DNA from: Octopus sinensis
Taxonomy: Eukaryota
Length of the DNA: 64,000 nt
NCBI RefSeq assembly: GCF_006345805.1
Contig: NC_043017.1
Location: forward strand, 11,718,001 to 11,782,000
Direction of reading: 5' to 3'
Shown here: one piece after another, positions 12,022-25,321 of the stretch
Numbering within the stretch: the first letter of the stretch is position 1
How the letters are laid out: every line of letters starts with the position of its first letter
Notes under the pieces: model-generated
Seen by the model: only the letters and a program-made list of their open reading frames with translations
Databases searched by the model: none
Told to the model about the DNA's origin: nothing
Made by a program: the position numbers and the translations under genes

Positions 12022-12724
12022 AAATCCTTTGACACAATGCTAACCCACCAGAGCACTCTGACCAAATGGTACTAAAATTTATTTGAAAATCAATCCATAC
12101 AAAACTCAAAATACATGATAACAAATAAATGCCCTCACAATAACTGCTTTACCAAGTGTCATTGTGGGGTTCACAAAAAGGGGTCTTGCATTGGTTTCAA
12201 TCACGAGTGTTCCTGTTCATTTAATGGAACTACTTATTCACTGAATTATAGTGCAAGTGGCTGAATATTCCACAGTCATTTGTAGACTTAACATAATCCT
12301 TGATAATATCAACACAAGCAGTTAAAGGCCATTTCTCCTGCTAATTCCTATGAAGGGCCTTTTTTTTTATTGTACCCTATCTTTTACATCTCACTGCCAA
12401 CCTTCTCCCTCCATCATCTTTATCTATGTCGTTCTCAATCTTCTTCCTCTACTCCTTGCTACCTTCATTTCCATCCCTCATTTAGTTCCACCCTTCTTCA
12501 GTACATGACTCAGCCATTTCATTCCATTTCTTTTCTTGTTATCCATTACTGGCTCTGTTCTTATCATCATCATATCCTGCAATTCATTGTTTGTCTCCCT
12601 CTCACTCAGCAATGCCCTGAGCATCCTCCAAACAATCTCATTTCTATTCTTTTCAGCCTTCTCTGTCGATCCAATTTTAGGGCCCACATCTGGCTCCAGA
12701 ACAAATTTGACATTGTCTTTTACT

Positions 12725-13180
12725 TTTTTTACTTGTTCCAGTCATTTGACTGTGGCCATGCTGGAGCACCGCCTTTAATCGAGCAAATCGACCCCGGGAC
12801 TTATTCTTTGTAAGCCCAGTACTTATTCTATCGGTCTCTTTTGCTGAACTGCTAAGTGACGGGGACATAAACACACCAGCATCGGTTGTCAAGCAATGCT
12901 AGGGGGACAAACACAGACACACAAACACACACACATACACATACCAACCGCAACACCAACACCACATTGCTAACTAAACACCACCCCACCACCGCAATGT
13001 ATATATATACATATATACGACGGGCTTCTTTTCAGTTTCCGTCTACCAAATCCACTCACGAGCCTTTGGTCAGCCTGAGGCTATAGTAGAAGACACTTGC
13101 CCAAGGTGCCACGCAGTGGGACTGAACCCGGAACTATGTGGTTGGTAAGCAATCTACTTACCACACAGCCATTCCGGCGC
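12725..13180 (-). mobile_element. tRNA-derived SINE family A
   Basis: Reverse complement of the family A consensus (head GGCGCAGGAGTGGCTGTGTGG, GGTTCAGTCCC B box, tail GACTGAAACAAGTAAAAGAG). Confidence 0.9.
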
Positions 13181-13319
13181 TATAACATGTGTATGATATA
13201 ACAACCAGATCTCTCTTAAGACACATCTAAAACTTTAAAAGTGATCTGCTTCCCTACATCACATGTCTGCTACAGCAGCTCCCATAAATCACATGCCAGT
13301 AGGTTCCTGCTATTCAGAA

Positions 13320-13420
13320 CATCACCAAACAAAATCTATGTTGTTTTCCTGGACATTGGGAAAGCATTTAATCATGTCTCATATGAGAATCTTTCAGCAA
13401 AGTTACCTCTCTATGTATTC
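13320..13420 (+). pseudogene. CR1/L2-like reverse transcriptase fragment
   Basis: ORF segment NKIYVVFLDIGKAFNHVSYENLSAKLPLY resembles the non-LTR RT motif (FLDF.KAFD.V.H..LL.KL). Confidence 0.6.
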
Positions 13421-13689
13421 AATACACACACACACACACTCTGTCAATCTCTTTCAACAGACATACATTCATATATGAATATATACATACATCTCCAGAT
13501 ACAATTGATAAAAGGTACAGTGAAAATTTATATAACATTTCAGAGTTCCTCCATTTGAGGTCCCAAGGTGAACCTATTCACACAGTCACATATACATATG
13601 GAACACACATTTGCTCATTAACAGTAATCAAACACTTCACTTGGGTTCTGTTATAATTGCACACCTGCAAGTGCAAGATTACACAAAGT

Positions 13690-14087
13690 AAGATAGGGGT
13701 TATGGGTGTAACCCACAATGGGATATCATTTATTCAATAAACTGTTGGTAAAGTACCCAAATTCATTAATACATAAATGTTTTTAATTAGAATGCAATTA
13801 ATTATTGTATTAAACAGGCGAAGGTAAAGAAATATTTTTACCGTAAATTTAAAATATATATTCAAAATGTGATCGCGTGTGTACTGTTGGCGATTTTTTT
13901 TCCTCTGTCTTCCCTTCTCTGGATCTTTCCTTCTCCTATATTTCCGACAAAGAGCTCCGCTTGAAACGTTAAACCCTCCTTCTTTCCTTCTTTCCTGAGC
14001 ATCCAATAATACTATATTAGTTCCACGTCCTCGCATTGTTGTGTTTTTTTTGTGCTTTCATGTTTGGATTAACTTTATATATATATA
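13690..14087 (+). mobile_element. Penelope-like element 3' fragment with a decayed hammerhead motif (13940-13974)
   Basis: Same family as 2266-2453. The motif is CCGACAA-A-GAGC-TCC-GCTT-GAAACGTT-AAAC. It ends in (TA)n, and its upstream part resembles the reverse complement of ~26800-26980. Confidence 0.65.
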
Positions 14088-15005
14088 TATATATATAACA
14101 TACACACATTACATTCATGTACGTATATAATACTATAAAAGACTATAGAGGTAAACCTGTAAATATTGTTGACCATCACATTATATACAGAAAGGAAGCT
14201 GAACTGATCTAAACACACTGGAGAGTCTTAAACACCTGTCTTTTTATACAGTCTCACCACAATCAATAAAGATCACGCTGTTTCTGTCAGTAGTGAGATG
14301 AACCCTAACAACACATCAGTGATAAACATACATACATATAATGATACATACATGTGGTTAAGAAGCTTGCTTCCCAACCATGTGGTCTTGGGTTCAGTCC
14401 TACTGCATGGCACCTCAGGCAAGTGTCTTCTAACCAAAGCCTTGTGGGTTGATTTGTTAGACAGAAACTGATAGAAACCCATGTGTGAAGGTGTGTTTTT
14501 GTGTGAACCTTTGTCTTGACATCATGTAATGGTTGTAAATGAACATCACCATCATACAAGTGGTTTATTTTCACTTCCAATCTTCCATGAAAAACATGTC
14601 AGGCCATAGGGAAATATTGCCTTGTTTGGAAACAGGTGAAGGTTGATGACAGGATGGGCATCCAGCTGTAGAAAATCTGCCTCAACAAATCTCATGTGAG
14701 CCATGAAGGAATGGAATAGTGGACATTAAATGATGATGATGAGGATGATGATGATGAGGTACCACTCAGTAGGAGTAAGTGAAAGCTGCTTAGTCCTCTC
14801 TTTCTCTCTCTCTCTCTCTTTTGTGAGATATAAAGGTATGTCTGTTGCAACACAGCTGAATTAGTGTTAGTTTGGCAGAAGAATTACTTAATCACACACA
14901 CACACACCACCACAAACACCACCACCACAACCACCACCACCACTGCCATCACCAGAATCATTCTTTGTCACACAAATACATACTTACGCACATAACACCA
15001 CCAGC

Positions 15006-15167
15006 AGGAGTGGCTGTGTGGTAAGTAGCTTGTTTACCAACCACATGGTTCTGGGTTCAGTCCCACTGTGTGGCACCTTGGGCAAGTGTCTTCTACTATA
15101 GCCTCGGGCTGACCAAAGCCTTGTGAGTGGATGTGGTAGACGGAAACTGAAAGAAGCCCGTCGTATT
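15006..15167 (+). mobile_element. SINE family A, cut by the assembly gap
   Basis: Matches the consensus head up to the N run. Confidence 0.85.
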
Positions 15168-15267
15168 NNNNNNNNNNNNNNNNNNNNNNNNNNNNNNNNN
15201 NNNNNNNNNNNNNNNNNNNNNNNNNNNNNNNNNNNNNNNNNNNNNNNNNNNNNNNNNNNNNNNNNNN
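15168..15267. other. Assembly gap (100 N)
   Basis: Run of N. Confidence 1.
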
Positions 15268-15605
15268 GCTGAAATACATGATAGCTTGACTTGTCATGGT
15301 TTAATTAGTAGAATATATTCTACAAATCACTGGGTTGCATTTGCTGGTTTGCTAATATACTTGCTTAATTAATGAACATGAGCGTTTAATTAGAAAGTAT
15401 CTGTGAAGTGACACAAGTGTTGAAAGGAGTAATGAATTAGTTATGTATGTGTAGAGCTGATGACTTCTGGTTCTTGGATAGCTCCCTCCTTTCAGTCTTT
15501 CATGAAGCACAACATTATGTAAATTTTCTGCTGTGTTCTACATGGCTGAAGTGATAGAATTAGAAGCAGTTCAATTTATTAGGTAAGGGACATTTTAGCT
15601 TAGAG

Positions 15606-15824
15606 CAGTGCTTTTCAAACTTTTTGCTGGAGCGGAACCCCAAGAAAACATTCCACTGGCTCGAGGAACCCCTGTGCAATAATTTAATAGACTTATGCAC
15701 ACATATCTGCACAGGAGAATTAAAAATTACTGTCGAATTTAGCAGTTTTGTAACTTCTTGCGGAACCCCTGGACTGTGCTGGCGGAACCCTAAGGTTCCG
15801 CGGAACCCTGGTTGAAAACCACTG
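15606..15824. mobile_element. hAT (Charlie-like) MITE, 219 bp
   Basis: TIRs CAGTGCTTTTCAA / TTGAAAACCACTG. 8-bp TSD GCTTAGAG / GTTTAGAG (one mismatch, near the NTCTAGAN preference). Repeated subterminal GGAACCC motifs. Confidence 0.85.
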
Positions 15825-16069
15825 GTTTAGAGGATGGGTTGTGAATTGAGAACATATATTGATTCAAAATATTTTGCTTTGTCTCACGGCAGAAAAGGTT
15901 TCTTTCGTTTTCTCTACGTACCACAGTTCATTAAACTATTGGACATATGTATAAGAGCTTCGTAATCACCATTAGACACATCCAACATTGTCCTCAGATT
16001 GACACCCAAACACTCTGAAATGTTTGTATTGGAGCTTCCGATATAGATTGTTTTTCTTACATATGATGC

Positions 16070-16375
16070 CTAACTGACCTTACTATATTGCACAGTTGAG
16101 TGAGAGACCAACAAAACTCCTTGTAACACCAAACATGAACTGAAGGCAAGAATTATTGCAGCATTCACCAACTTAAACAAGGAGACCATCCAGAGGAGTT
16201 TCAGGAGATTCTAAAGTGGTCTGGAAACCATGGTTGAAGCCAATGGCGATTTTATTGAATAAATTTACACTTTAGTATTTCAAGATATTTTTATGTAATT
16301 TTGGTAATTATATCTATCAAAATGAGATGTCAGTGTTATTTTCATTTTTAGACAGTTTATTCACTGTACCCTATA
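16070..16375 (+). mobile_element. Tc1/mariner transposon, degraded 3' end
   Basis: Encodes ETNKTPCNTKHELKARIIAAFTNLNKETIQRSFRRF*SGLETMVEANGDFIE* and ends in TIR-like ACCCTATA. Confidence 0.75.
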
Positions 16376-16551
16376 TATTTGAAAATAGGTAGAAAGAAAG
16401 GAGTTCGTTTCTTTCTTTCTGTCTTTCCTTTTTCTTTTTCTTCTTCTAATCAAGCCTCCAAAAATTTACCACACTCACATATGTACACACACATACATAC
16501 AAACTCATATATACAAACACAAATACACATGCATGCACATGCGCGCCTGCG

Positions 16552-16597
<46 letters not shown>

Positions 16598-16759
16598 TTC
16601 AAAAAACAAAAAAATTCTCTTTTCAATGCAATTACATATTTTTTCAACTATATATATATATAATATAAAAAGCATAAATTTTCTGTAAAAGACTCATTCC
16701 TGATGATTCTCTAAAACAAGATGAAAGTACTAAATAAATATTCATCCAAAACTGGGTTG

Positions 16760-17045
16760 TCGAAAAGAAAAAAAATCAGAGCCTAAAAGTGTTCTATTCA
16801 TATGCTAACAAACATAGGGCTGCTGTTTCACCTGATGGTCCACTGATAGATGATAGCAACATTCTCCACCATGAAGCTAAAAAAAAAAAAAAAATGGCAA
16901 AAATACTGCAGGAACAATATTGCTCTGTTTATGGTGATCCCACTGATATTGATGCAAGGGACCTGAATAAATTCAACTCCCAGCATATCATCTTTCACAT
17001 AACTTTTACTGCCTCAGACATCATAGCAGTGAATAAATGAAATCA
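16760..17045 (+). pseudogene. CR1/L2-like LINE ORF2 fragment (endonuclease-RT linker)
   Basis: PKVFYSYANK...GPLIDDSNILHHEAKKMAKILQEQYCSVYGDP...ITFTASDII matches the CR1-type pattern K.FYSY...GPL...MA.IL..QY.SVF. Confidence 0.7.
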
Positions 17046-17730
17046 ATTATGTTGAAATCAACTTTGCCTTTCATCTTTTCAGATTCGATAACATACCATT
17101 CAAGTATTGGGGGGGGGGGGTCAATTTATTCAGCTAAGCTCCTCACCTTCCCTCACCATTTGATAACTAATGTTGAGTTGTTTAGAAATTACCCTGACTT
17201 AGTTGGTCAGCAAAAAGGGAGTAATAGAATAAGTTGAAAAATTAAACAAAATACTAGAATTAATTTAATCAATTAAGCCCAACAAAATAGTATCCAGGCA
17301 TGGCTGTGGTCCAAGGACTTAAGGAAATAAAAAAGAATCAACAGAAGAAGGGGAAATTCTCCAAGAATTTCATCAATATCAGAATTAAAAAAAATAATAA
17401 AGGTAGAAACCCCAAAACATCTTCATAAATAACAGATGTGTGTTCAGCAATTAATGGCTGAACAACCTGCACTGGTGATTTATTGTGATCAGATGTTTGT
17501 GCTGTACATTACCTCCCTTCCTTCATCAAATTAACTGTACAGGTGTATGATGTACAGGTGACACATCAAACATTGAAGTGATTCCAGAGCAATGTATGAT
17601 GAAGTGTTTTACTCAAAAACATGATGCGCTACCCAGTCCAGGAATTGAAACCACAGACTTTTAATCAGTACTGTAACATCTTAACTGCTTGTCTTTTCAC
17701 TCAAATAAATATAATCCATTAAAATTCCTA

Positions 17731-18140
17731 GGCGCAGGAGTGGCTGTGTGGTAAGTAGCTTGCTAACCAACCACATGGTTCCGGGTTCAGTCCCACTGCG
17801 TGTCACCTTGGGCAAATGTCTTCTGCTATAGCCCCGGGCCGACCAAAGCCTTGAGAGTGGATTTGGTAGACGGAAACTGAAAGAAGCCCGTCGTATATAT
17901 GTATATATATATGTGTGTTTGTGTGTCTGTGTTTGTCCCCCTAGCATTGCTTGACAACCAATGCTGGTGTGTTTACGTCCCCATCACTTAGCGGTTCGGC
18001 AAAAGAGACCGATAGAATAAGTACTGGGCTTACAAAAGAATAAGTCCCGGGGTCGAGTTGCTCGATTAAAGGCGGTGCTCCAGCATGGCCGCAGTCAAAT
18101 GACTGAAACAAGTAAAAGAGTAAAAGAGAGAGTAAAGAGT
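17731..18140 (+). mobile_element. SINE family A, full length
   Basis: Consensus head, central (TA)/(TG) tract and tail. Confidence 0.92.
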
Positions 18141-18536
18141 GGATGAACTTGAAATTCATTAAGCTGTTGTAAGAATAAAAAAAAAATAAAACCACCAACA
18201 GAAATAGTAATCAACAGAGCCTCAATGCAATGCTTTTTCTTTCAACATCCCAAATTTATTAAAATGATATGACAGTTAAAGCGATAGTGGTCGGAGACTT
18301 TTAATCTCATATGGGATTAGATATTTGTCTAATCCTCAATAATAGATTGATCATACTACTTAGTTTTATCTTCCAGTACGAAGGTTAACAATGATCTGAT
18401 AAACTCGAATCACATGCTGAAATTCAATACACTCCCACACTAAATCTATATTAAAGTTAATATGACTTCTGATAGACATGGTAGTGTGTTAGTGAAGATT
18501 CGTTCATTGAGGTTTAAACAGAATAACTAATAAGAC

Positions 18537-18729
18537 ACAGGTGTAGCTCTGTGGTTAAGAGGTTTGCTTCCCAACCATATGATTTTGGTTTCAGTCCCAC
18601 TGCATGGCATCTTGGGCAAGTGTTTTCTATTATAACCCCAGGCTAACCAATGCCTTGTGAGTGGATTTGATAGATAGAAACTGAAAGAAGCCCATCATAC
18701 ATATATACGTATGTGTGTTGTGTGTGTGT

Positions 18730-18768
<39 letters not shown>

Positions 18769-19000
18769 TGTGTGTGTGCTACTGTCTCCTTGCCTTGACT
18801 TCATGGGATACTTGTAGACAAGTGTCAGTGTCATGCAAATGTTGTCTGTTTCCAGTCTTCCATGAAAAACATGTCTGGCCAGGAGGAAAGATTAACTTGC
18901 TTGGTAACAAGGGAGGTTTGGCAACAGGAAGAGCATCCAACTATAGAAAATCTGTGTCAGTAAATTCTGTTTAACTGATGCAAGCATGGAAAAACAGGAT
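18537..19000 (+). mobile_element. Older SINE (family A head with a different 3' part)
   Basis: Diverged tRNA-like head. The body is similar to 14353-14720. Confidence 0.65.
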
Positions 19001-19021
19001 GTGTTTACGATGAAGTTTACT

Positions 19022-19432
19022 CTCTTTACTCTTTTACTTGTTTCAGTTATTTGACTGCAGCCATGCTGGAGCACCGCCTTTTAGTCAAGCAAATCGACCC
19101 TGGGACTTATTCTTTGTAAGCCCAGTACTTATTCTATCGGTCTCTTTTGCCGAACCGCTAAGTGACGGGGACATAAACACACCAGTATCGGTTGTCAAGC
19201 AATGCTAGGGGGACAAACACACAAACACATACACACATACACACATATATATATATATATGCATATATATGACAGGCTTCTTTCAGTTTCCGTCTACCAA
19301 ATCCACTCACAAGGCATTGGTCGGCCCGGGGCTATAGCAGAAGACACTTGCCCAAGATGCCATGCAGTGGGACTGAACCCGGAACCATGTGGTTGGTTAG
19401 CAAGCTACTTACCACACAGCCACTCCTGCACC
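19022..19432 (-). mobile_element. SINE family A, full length
   Basis: Reverse complement of the consensus. Confidence 0.92.
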
Positions 19433-19999
19433 TAAGGAGTTTGTTTATTTTTATCTATATTTTTTTAGACAGCAAATAACTGGTCCTTGTTTTCTAGTAT
19501 TTTACATATGTGAAACAGACTTGGAGTGGAGAAAGCCTGTCATTGTTGAGATTACAAATAATGGAGAAAAGACTTTGACAAATCTAGTTGTTTGATTGAC
19601 CAAACAATCAATTAGTTAATTGGTTAACAAATCGTCAGATAATATTAAAAGAAGTGAAATAGTACAAGTGTGTGTGTGTGCATGCATTCACACAAGTATG
19701 TGTGGGTGTGCTGCAAGGGTGTGTAATGAGCCTTCTGAGATACGACAGGTTTTTGGTTATTGCAATTCCAGTGTCTTCTCCTGACCAGTTCTTTCACTGC
19801 TAAGTACTTTACTTATTGACCTAGAAGGGGTAAAAAGCAAAGCTGATCTTGGCAAGATTTGAACTCAGAGCAAAGAGATATCCTTTTTTCTTAAGTCTGT
19901 TACTTATTCTATCAGTTTCTTTTTGCTGAACTGCTAAGTCACAGGGATATAATCACACCAACATTGGTTGATAAGTGGTGGTGGTGGGACAAACACATG

Positions 20000-20035
<36 letters not shown>

Positions 20036-20245
20036 GCACAGATGATGGGCTTCTACACAGTTTCCATCTATCAAATTCACTCACAAGGCATTGGTCAGTC
20101 TGGGGCTATAGTTGGAGTAACTTCTCCAAGATGCTGAACAGTGGGATTGAACCTAAGACCACATGTTTACAAAACAAGCTTCTTAACCACACAGCTGTAT
20201 CTGCATCTAACATACAGAAGGGAAAAAAATTAAAGTAAAATGAAA

Positions 20246-20414
20246 GGCGCAGGAGTGGCTGTGTGGTAAGTAGCTTGCTAACCAACCACATGGTTCCGGG
20301 TTTTCAGTTCAGTCCCACTGCGTGGCAACTTGGGCAAGTGTCTTCTGCTATAGCCCGGGGCCGACAATGCCTTGTGAGTGGATTTGGTTGACGGAAAGAA
20401 AGAAGCCTGTCGTA

Positions 20415-20472
<58 letters not shown>

Positions 20473-20690
20473 GTGGTGTGTGTTTGTGTGTCTGTCTTTG
20501 TCCCCCTAGCATTGCTTGACAACCGATGCTGCTGTGTTTACGTCCCCGTCACTTAGCGGTTCGGCAAAAGAGACAGATAGAATAAGTACTGGGCTTACAA
20601 AGAATAAGTCCCGGGGTCGATTTGCTCAACTAAAGGCGGTGCTCCAGCATGGCCGCAGTCAAATGACTGAAACAAGTAAAGAGAGTAAGA
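20246..20690 (+). mobile_element. SINE family A, full length
   Basis: Consensus match. Confidence 0.92.
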
Positions 20691-20980
20691 ACTGAGACAA
20701 GGCTTAAATAGTGAAAATGAAAATGCTATTCAACAGGGCTGGTGACCTTGTTTGGCCAAACAAGCCATAACTCCGCCTACATCATAATAGTGGACAGATT
20801 CTGAACTGAGTGGAACTGACCAGCATATTTCTCTCTTCTACTGTCAGTCTGAGAGGCAGTAAGAAGTCAAATGGAATATAAAATTACATCATTAAGTATG
20901 GCTTAATTATTTAGCTGTATCATATGTCAGAGTTGTCTCTTCTTTTTCTTCTTACCACCTCCTCCTATCCAGCCAACCAA

Positions 20981-21014
<34 letters not shown>

Positions 21015-23038
21015 TGTTCGCCATCTCCCACTACCATCTCATCATCATCATCATCATCATCACTGCTGCCACCGCTAATCCCCCCTCCCCTGCCACTAGC
21101 GTCATCATTGTTGACATTGTAGGCATTATTGTCATTGTGGTCCGTCATCATCATTTCATATACCGAACTACACTCAAACCCTGTTCACACCACTAAGCCT
21201 TTCACCACCACCACCACTACCATCACTACCACCCCCACTGCATCATTGCATTTCAAGAGAGTTCATACGACAACAATAACAACAACATCATCTATATAGT
21301 AGTAGCAACATAGTAGTATTCTGAATGAAAGCACCGTCAAGAATGATGCTTGACCTGATAGAATTTGCAGCCAAATCTCCCTCAAATCATAAAGCATGAA
21401 AACAAAAAACATGGTGGAAAAGCAACAAAAATAACAAGAATGAAACAGATACTACAATAACAACAACAAGAACAAAAGAGAGCAAAATAATGACAACAAC
21501 AACAAGAACAGGGTCAACCAGAAAACAATGTTAATAATAATGACATTGAAAAAAAAGACAATAGCAAAAAGAATAACAACAACAACAACAAACTTTGTTG
21601 ATGAATCAGTGAAGAAGACTTTATGTAGTTGCTCAACCTGCTAAAAATAGCAGCTACATCATACTCCATTATACACTTGATTTGAAAGAAAAAAGTAAGA
21701 ACACATTCGATAATGTAGTTATTGATGCACTATTCCTAAAAAAAGAGGAGGAGGTCACAGAAGGAGTGCCTTTGATCATGGCTGACCCACAGCAGAACAA
21801 CTTAAGTAACATATGAAAAATATCAACGACATTGATTAAAAATCAATATCAGATAAATTAACAAATGTATATTGGTAAAAGGGATCAATATCAAACATGG
21901 AAAAGTAACAATTTCATAATTTTGTGTTAAAAAAAAGAGTTTAAGTTAATGTCTGTCTTGAGCTTACAGGCCCAATGTGGTCAGAGCTTATCGTTGTTCC
22001 ATAGCATTTAATTCTTTCCTTAGCTTATTTCTGTTGAAATACACTTTCTTTATTTCAATTAATTTTGAAAACAATGAAGAATTTGGTAAAATAACTCAAG
22101 ATGGTATTTGGAACAGCTGGTCTAGGAATAGAACCCATGATCTCTTGATCCCAAAATCCTAACTTCTGGGCCACAGAAATAAGCAGGAAACACTGTAAAA
22201 TAAGATAAGTAACCTTGTAGAAAAACTGGAATAAGAAGAATATGGATTAAAAGAAGAATAGCTGAAGAAAACAGATTTAAAAAAAACAGAATTAATAAAC
22301 AGATACTATGAGAAAAACCTTGAAAAGAGTAAGAAGTGAAAGAACAATTTGAAAGTCTAAAAGAAAAAGGAAAGAAAACAAACAAAATAAAGAGAAAAAA
22401 GATAGCATAAAACAATAAAAGAAAATGAGGGAAAAAATTAGAAAACAATAAAAAAACACAGTAAGTAAAATACAAATGTGATAAAAATTTTAATTAGATA
22501 ATTAAAAAAGATACACTGTAGGAAAAAATATTTGACAGAAGTACAAAATTAGTAAAATGATAGCCACAAAAATATGAGAGAAAAGGTATTTGAGGAAAGA
22601 ATTTTTTTTTAATTTTCAAAAAATCCAAAATCAAAAAAAAAAGAATGAATTAATTTTAAAAAACGGTAAAAAAACAAACAAATACAAATAATACCAAAGT
22701 ACACTAAAAATAGATATCAGAAAAAACAGCAAAAATACACCAGGAAAACATCATAAATATTGTAGGAAAATAACAGTAAAGAGTGAAAAGGTTAAGTTCC
22801 ATGGAAATTTAACAAAAAGAAATTTATAAAAATCCAACAGAATATATTAGAAAAACAGAAGATATCCAACAAAAAAGTAACAGAAAAAAATCAGCAGAAA
22901 ACAGCAAAAATACATACAAAAATATGCTATAAAAAAAACACGTAGAAATATAAAAGAGGAGAAAATAAGTATAAATAGATTGCAAAGATGTAGGAAATAC
23001 AATAGAAAGAACAAGAAAAATAGACAGCATAAAAAATA

Positions 23039-23447
23039 TGCAGGAGTGGCTGTGTGGTAAGTAGCTTGCCTACCAACCACATGGCTCCGGGTTCAGTCCC
23101 ACTGCGTGGCATCTTGAGCAAGTGTCTTCTGCTATAGCCTCGGGCCGACCAATGCCTTGTGAGTGGATTTGGTAGACGGAAACTGAAAGAAGCCTGTTGT
23201 ATATATGTATATATATATAAGTGTGTGTGTATATGTTTGTGTGTCTGTGTTTGTCCCCCTAGCATTGCTTGACAACCGATGCTGGTGTGTTTACGTCCCC
23301 GTCACTAAGCGGTTCGGCAAAAGAGACCGATAGAATAAGTACTGGGCTTACAAAGAATAAGTCCCGGGGTCGATTTGCTTGACTAAAGGCGGTGCTCCAG
23401 CATGGCCGCAGTCAAATGACTGAAACAAGTAAAAGAGAAAAGAGAGT
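23039..23447 (+). mobile_element. SINE family A, full length
   Basis: Consensus match, inserted in an A-rich tract. Confidence 0.92.
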
Positions 23448-25321
23448 ATTAGAATCAATAAAACAGAAATAAGGAGCAATACAGTTGAAACAGTGCATCA
23501 TCATCATCAACAGCATTTTACATCAGTTTTTCCAGGTTGGCATGGGTTGGATGAGTTTTTTTCATCCGTTTTTGGATGCCTTTCCAATCATCAACTTTTA
23601 TTAGTCGCCAAGGAAGGGTTGTATATGGGATTAGGAAAATGCATTAGCAGAAATATAGAATTAGGGAAAAAGAAGCCAAATAGAAATCTAATGAAATAAT
23701 ATTAAAGAAATGAAAAAACAGCACCGAAACGGGGGGGGGGGAAACAAAAACAGCATCAGTGCAATTTAGATCTATAAAAAACAGAAAAGATAACAGAAAA
23801 AAACTGACAAAATACATGAGATAAACAACAGAAATATGGTAGAAAAACAACAGGAAAGAATGTGAATGCAAAAGATAAATAATGAAAAAAAAAAACTATA
23901 GAAAAATAAAATGATTTGGAATCACCAACCAAAAACTAACAGAAAAAAAGAGAAAGGAAATAGAAAAATAATGGAAATAAACAAGAATATAAGAGGGAAG
24001 AAATCACACCTTGTCAAAGTGACACATGGTCATTGTAAAGTCAGTGTAAAAAATGAAGGTGACCAGATTGGAGAGAGAAAGAGAAGGGGAGAGAGGGAGA
24101 GAGAGGCAGACAGAGACACAAAGAGATATAGAGAGATTGTGAATGAGAGAAAAAGAGAGACAAAGAGATAGATATATAGACAGATGGAAGGATAGATAGA
24201 TGACAGATAGGAAGATATATAAACAGAAATGTATAGAGATAGATATAAAGACAGAAATGGAAAGAAATAGAGATAGATAGATGTAGATAGATAATTGGAT
24301 AGATAGTGTGTGTGAGTGTGAGTGAGAGAGAGAGAACTAGAGAGAGAGAATGAAAGGTTTCTAGGGATTTTTATTTTTGGTGGTGGGGCTAACCACAAAG
24401 GCAGTATGTTGTATTGTTATGATGACCATCTCTTTTCTACACAGATGTTTGAGGGCAATAATGATGGCTGGTGGTACCAACCAGAGAGCAGCAGCTGGTA
24501 TGGTGTTGATGGCATGAATAAGAAGTGAAGTACGGCAGCAAAGTTTCGCCTGTGTTATATGAATGAAAGAAGGTGAGACATTGGAGTCGGATGTTGCTCT
24601 GTGTCATAGAGATTTCTCTGGTGACACATTACCAAGGGTAGAAGAAAGTGGTTTTCAATGAGAAATGATTCTGTTGCGAAGGTTTGTCACAGTTTCAAAT
24701 TGGTTTTGAACCAATAAAAATCCAGCAACAATTAGCACCTTTTCCTCTTCTATCTTTCTTTGTTGTGTTCTTAGTTTTTCTTTGTTTCGAATTGAACTTG
24801 GTATTTTTTTTTCCTCTTTTCCTTCCAAGCAATCATCATAAATCATTAGTTAGACCTAATCGGGGTCAAAGTGTTTCATCTCTATTATTTTTATTTATAC
24901 ATGCTGTTTCTCAAGAATGGCAAATGGCAAAAAGTATATATATATACACACTGGGGTGTATATGCATTTATATGAGTGAAAGTCTTTCTGTGCACACATA
25001 CATAGATCCACTGTGTGTACATGTGTACATATTTAGACATAAGCACAAATGTATGTGCTAACATAATATCTCTATATGGATGTGTGCATTCACACACACA
25101 CACATTTATATATATATATATATATATATAAGCACAAAAATGTGTATGTATGCATATATGCATGCATCTATGTCTGTATGTATGTGTCTACCTATCTATG
25201 TATCTATCTATCTATATGCATGGCTGAGTGGTACCTTGGGCAAGTGTCTTTGGCCCTGGACTGACCAAAGTATTGTGAGTGGCAGATGGAAACTGAAAGA
25301 AGCCTATCTATGTGTATAATA

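Noticed and set aside
12677-12892. Recurrent ORFs such as MTTDAGVFMSP..., MSSNARGT... and MLGGQT...
   Set aside because: They are chance reading frames of the family A SINE, repeated at each copy, not a gene family.
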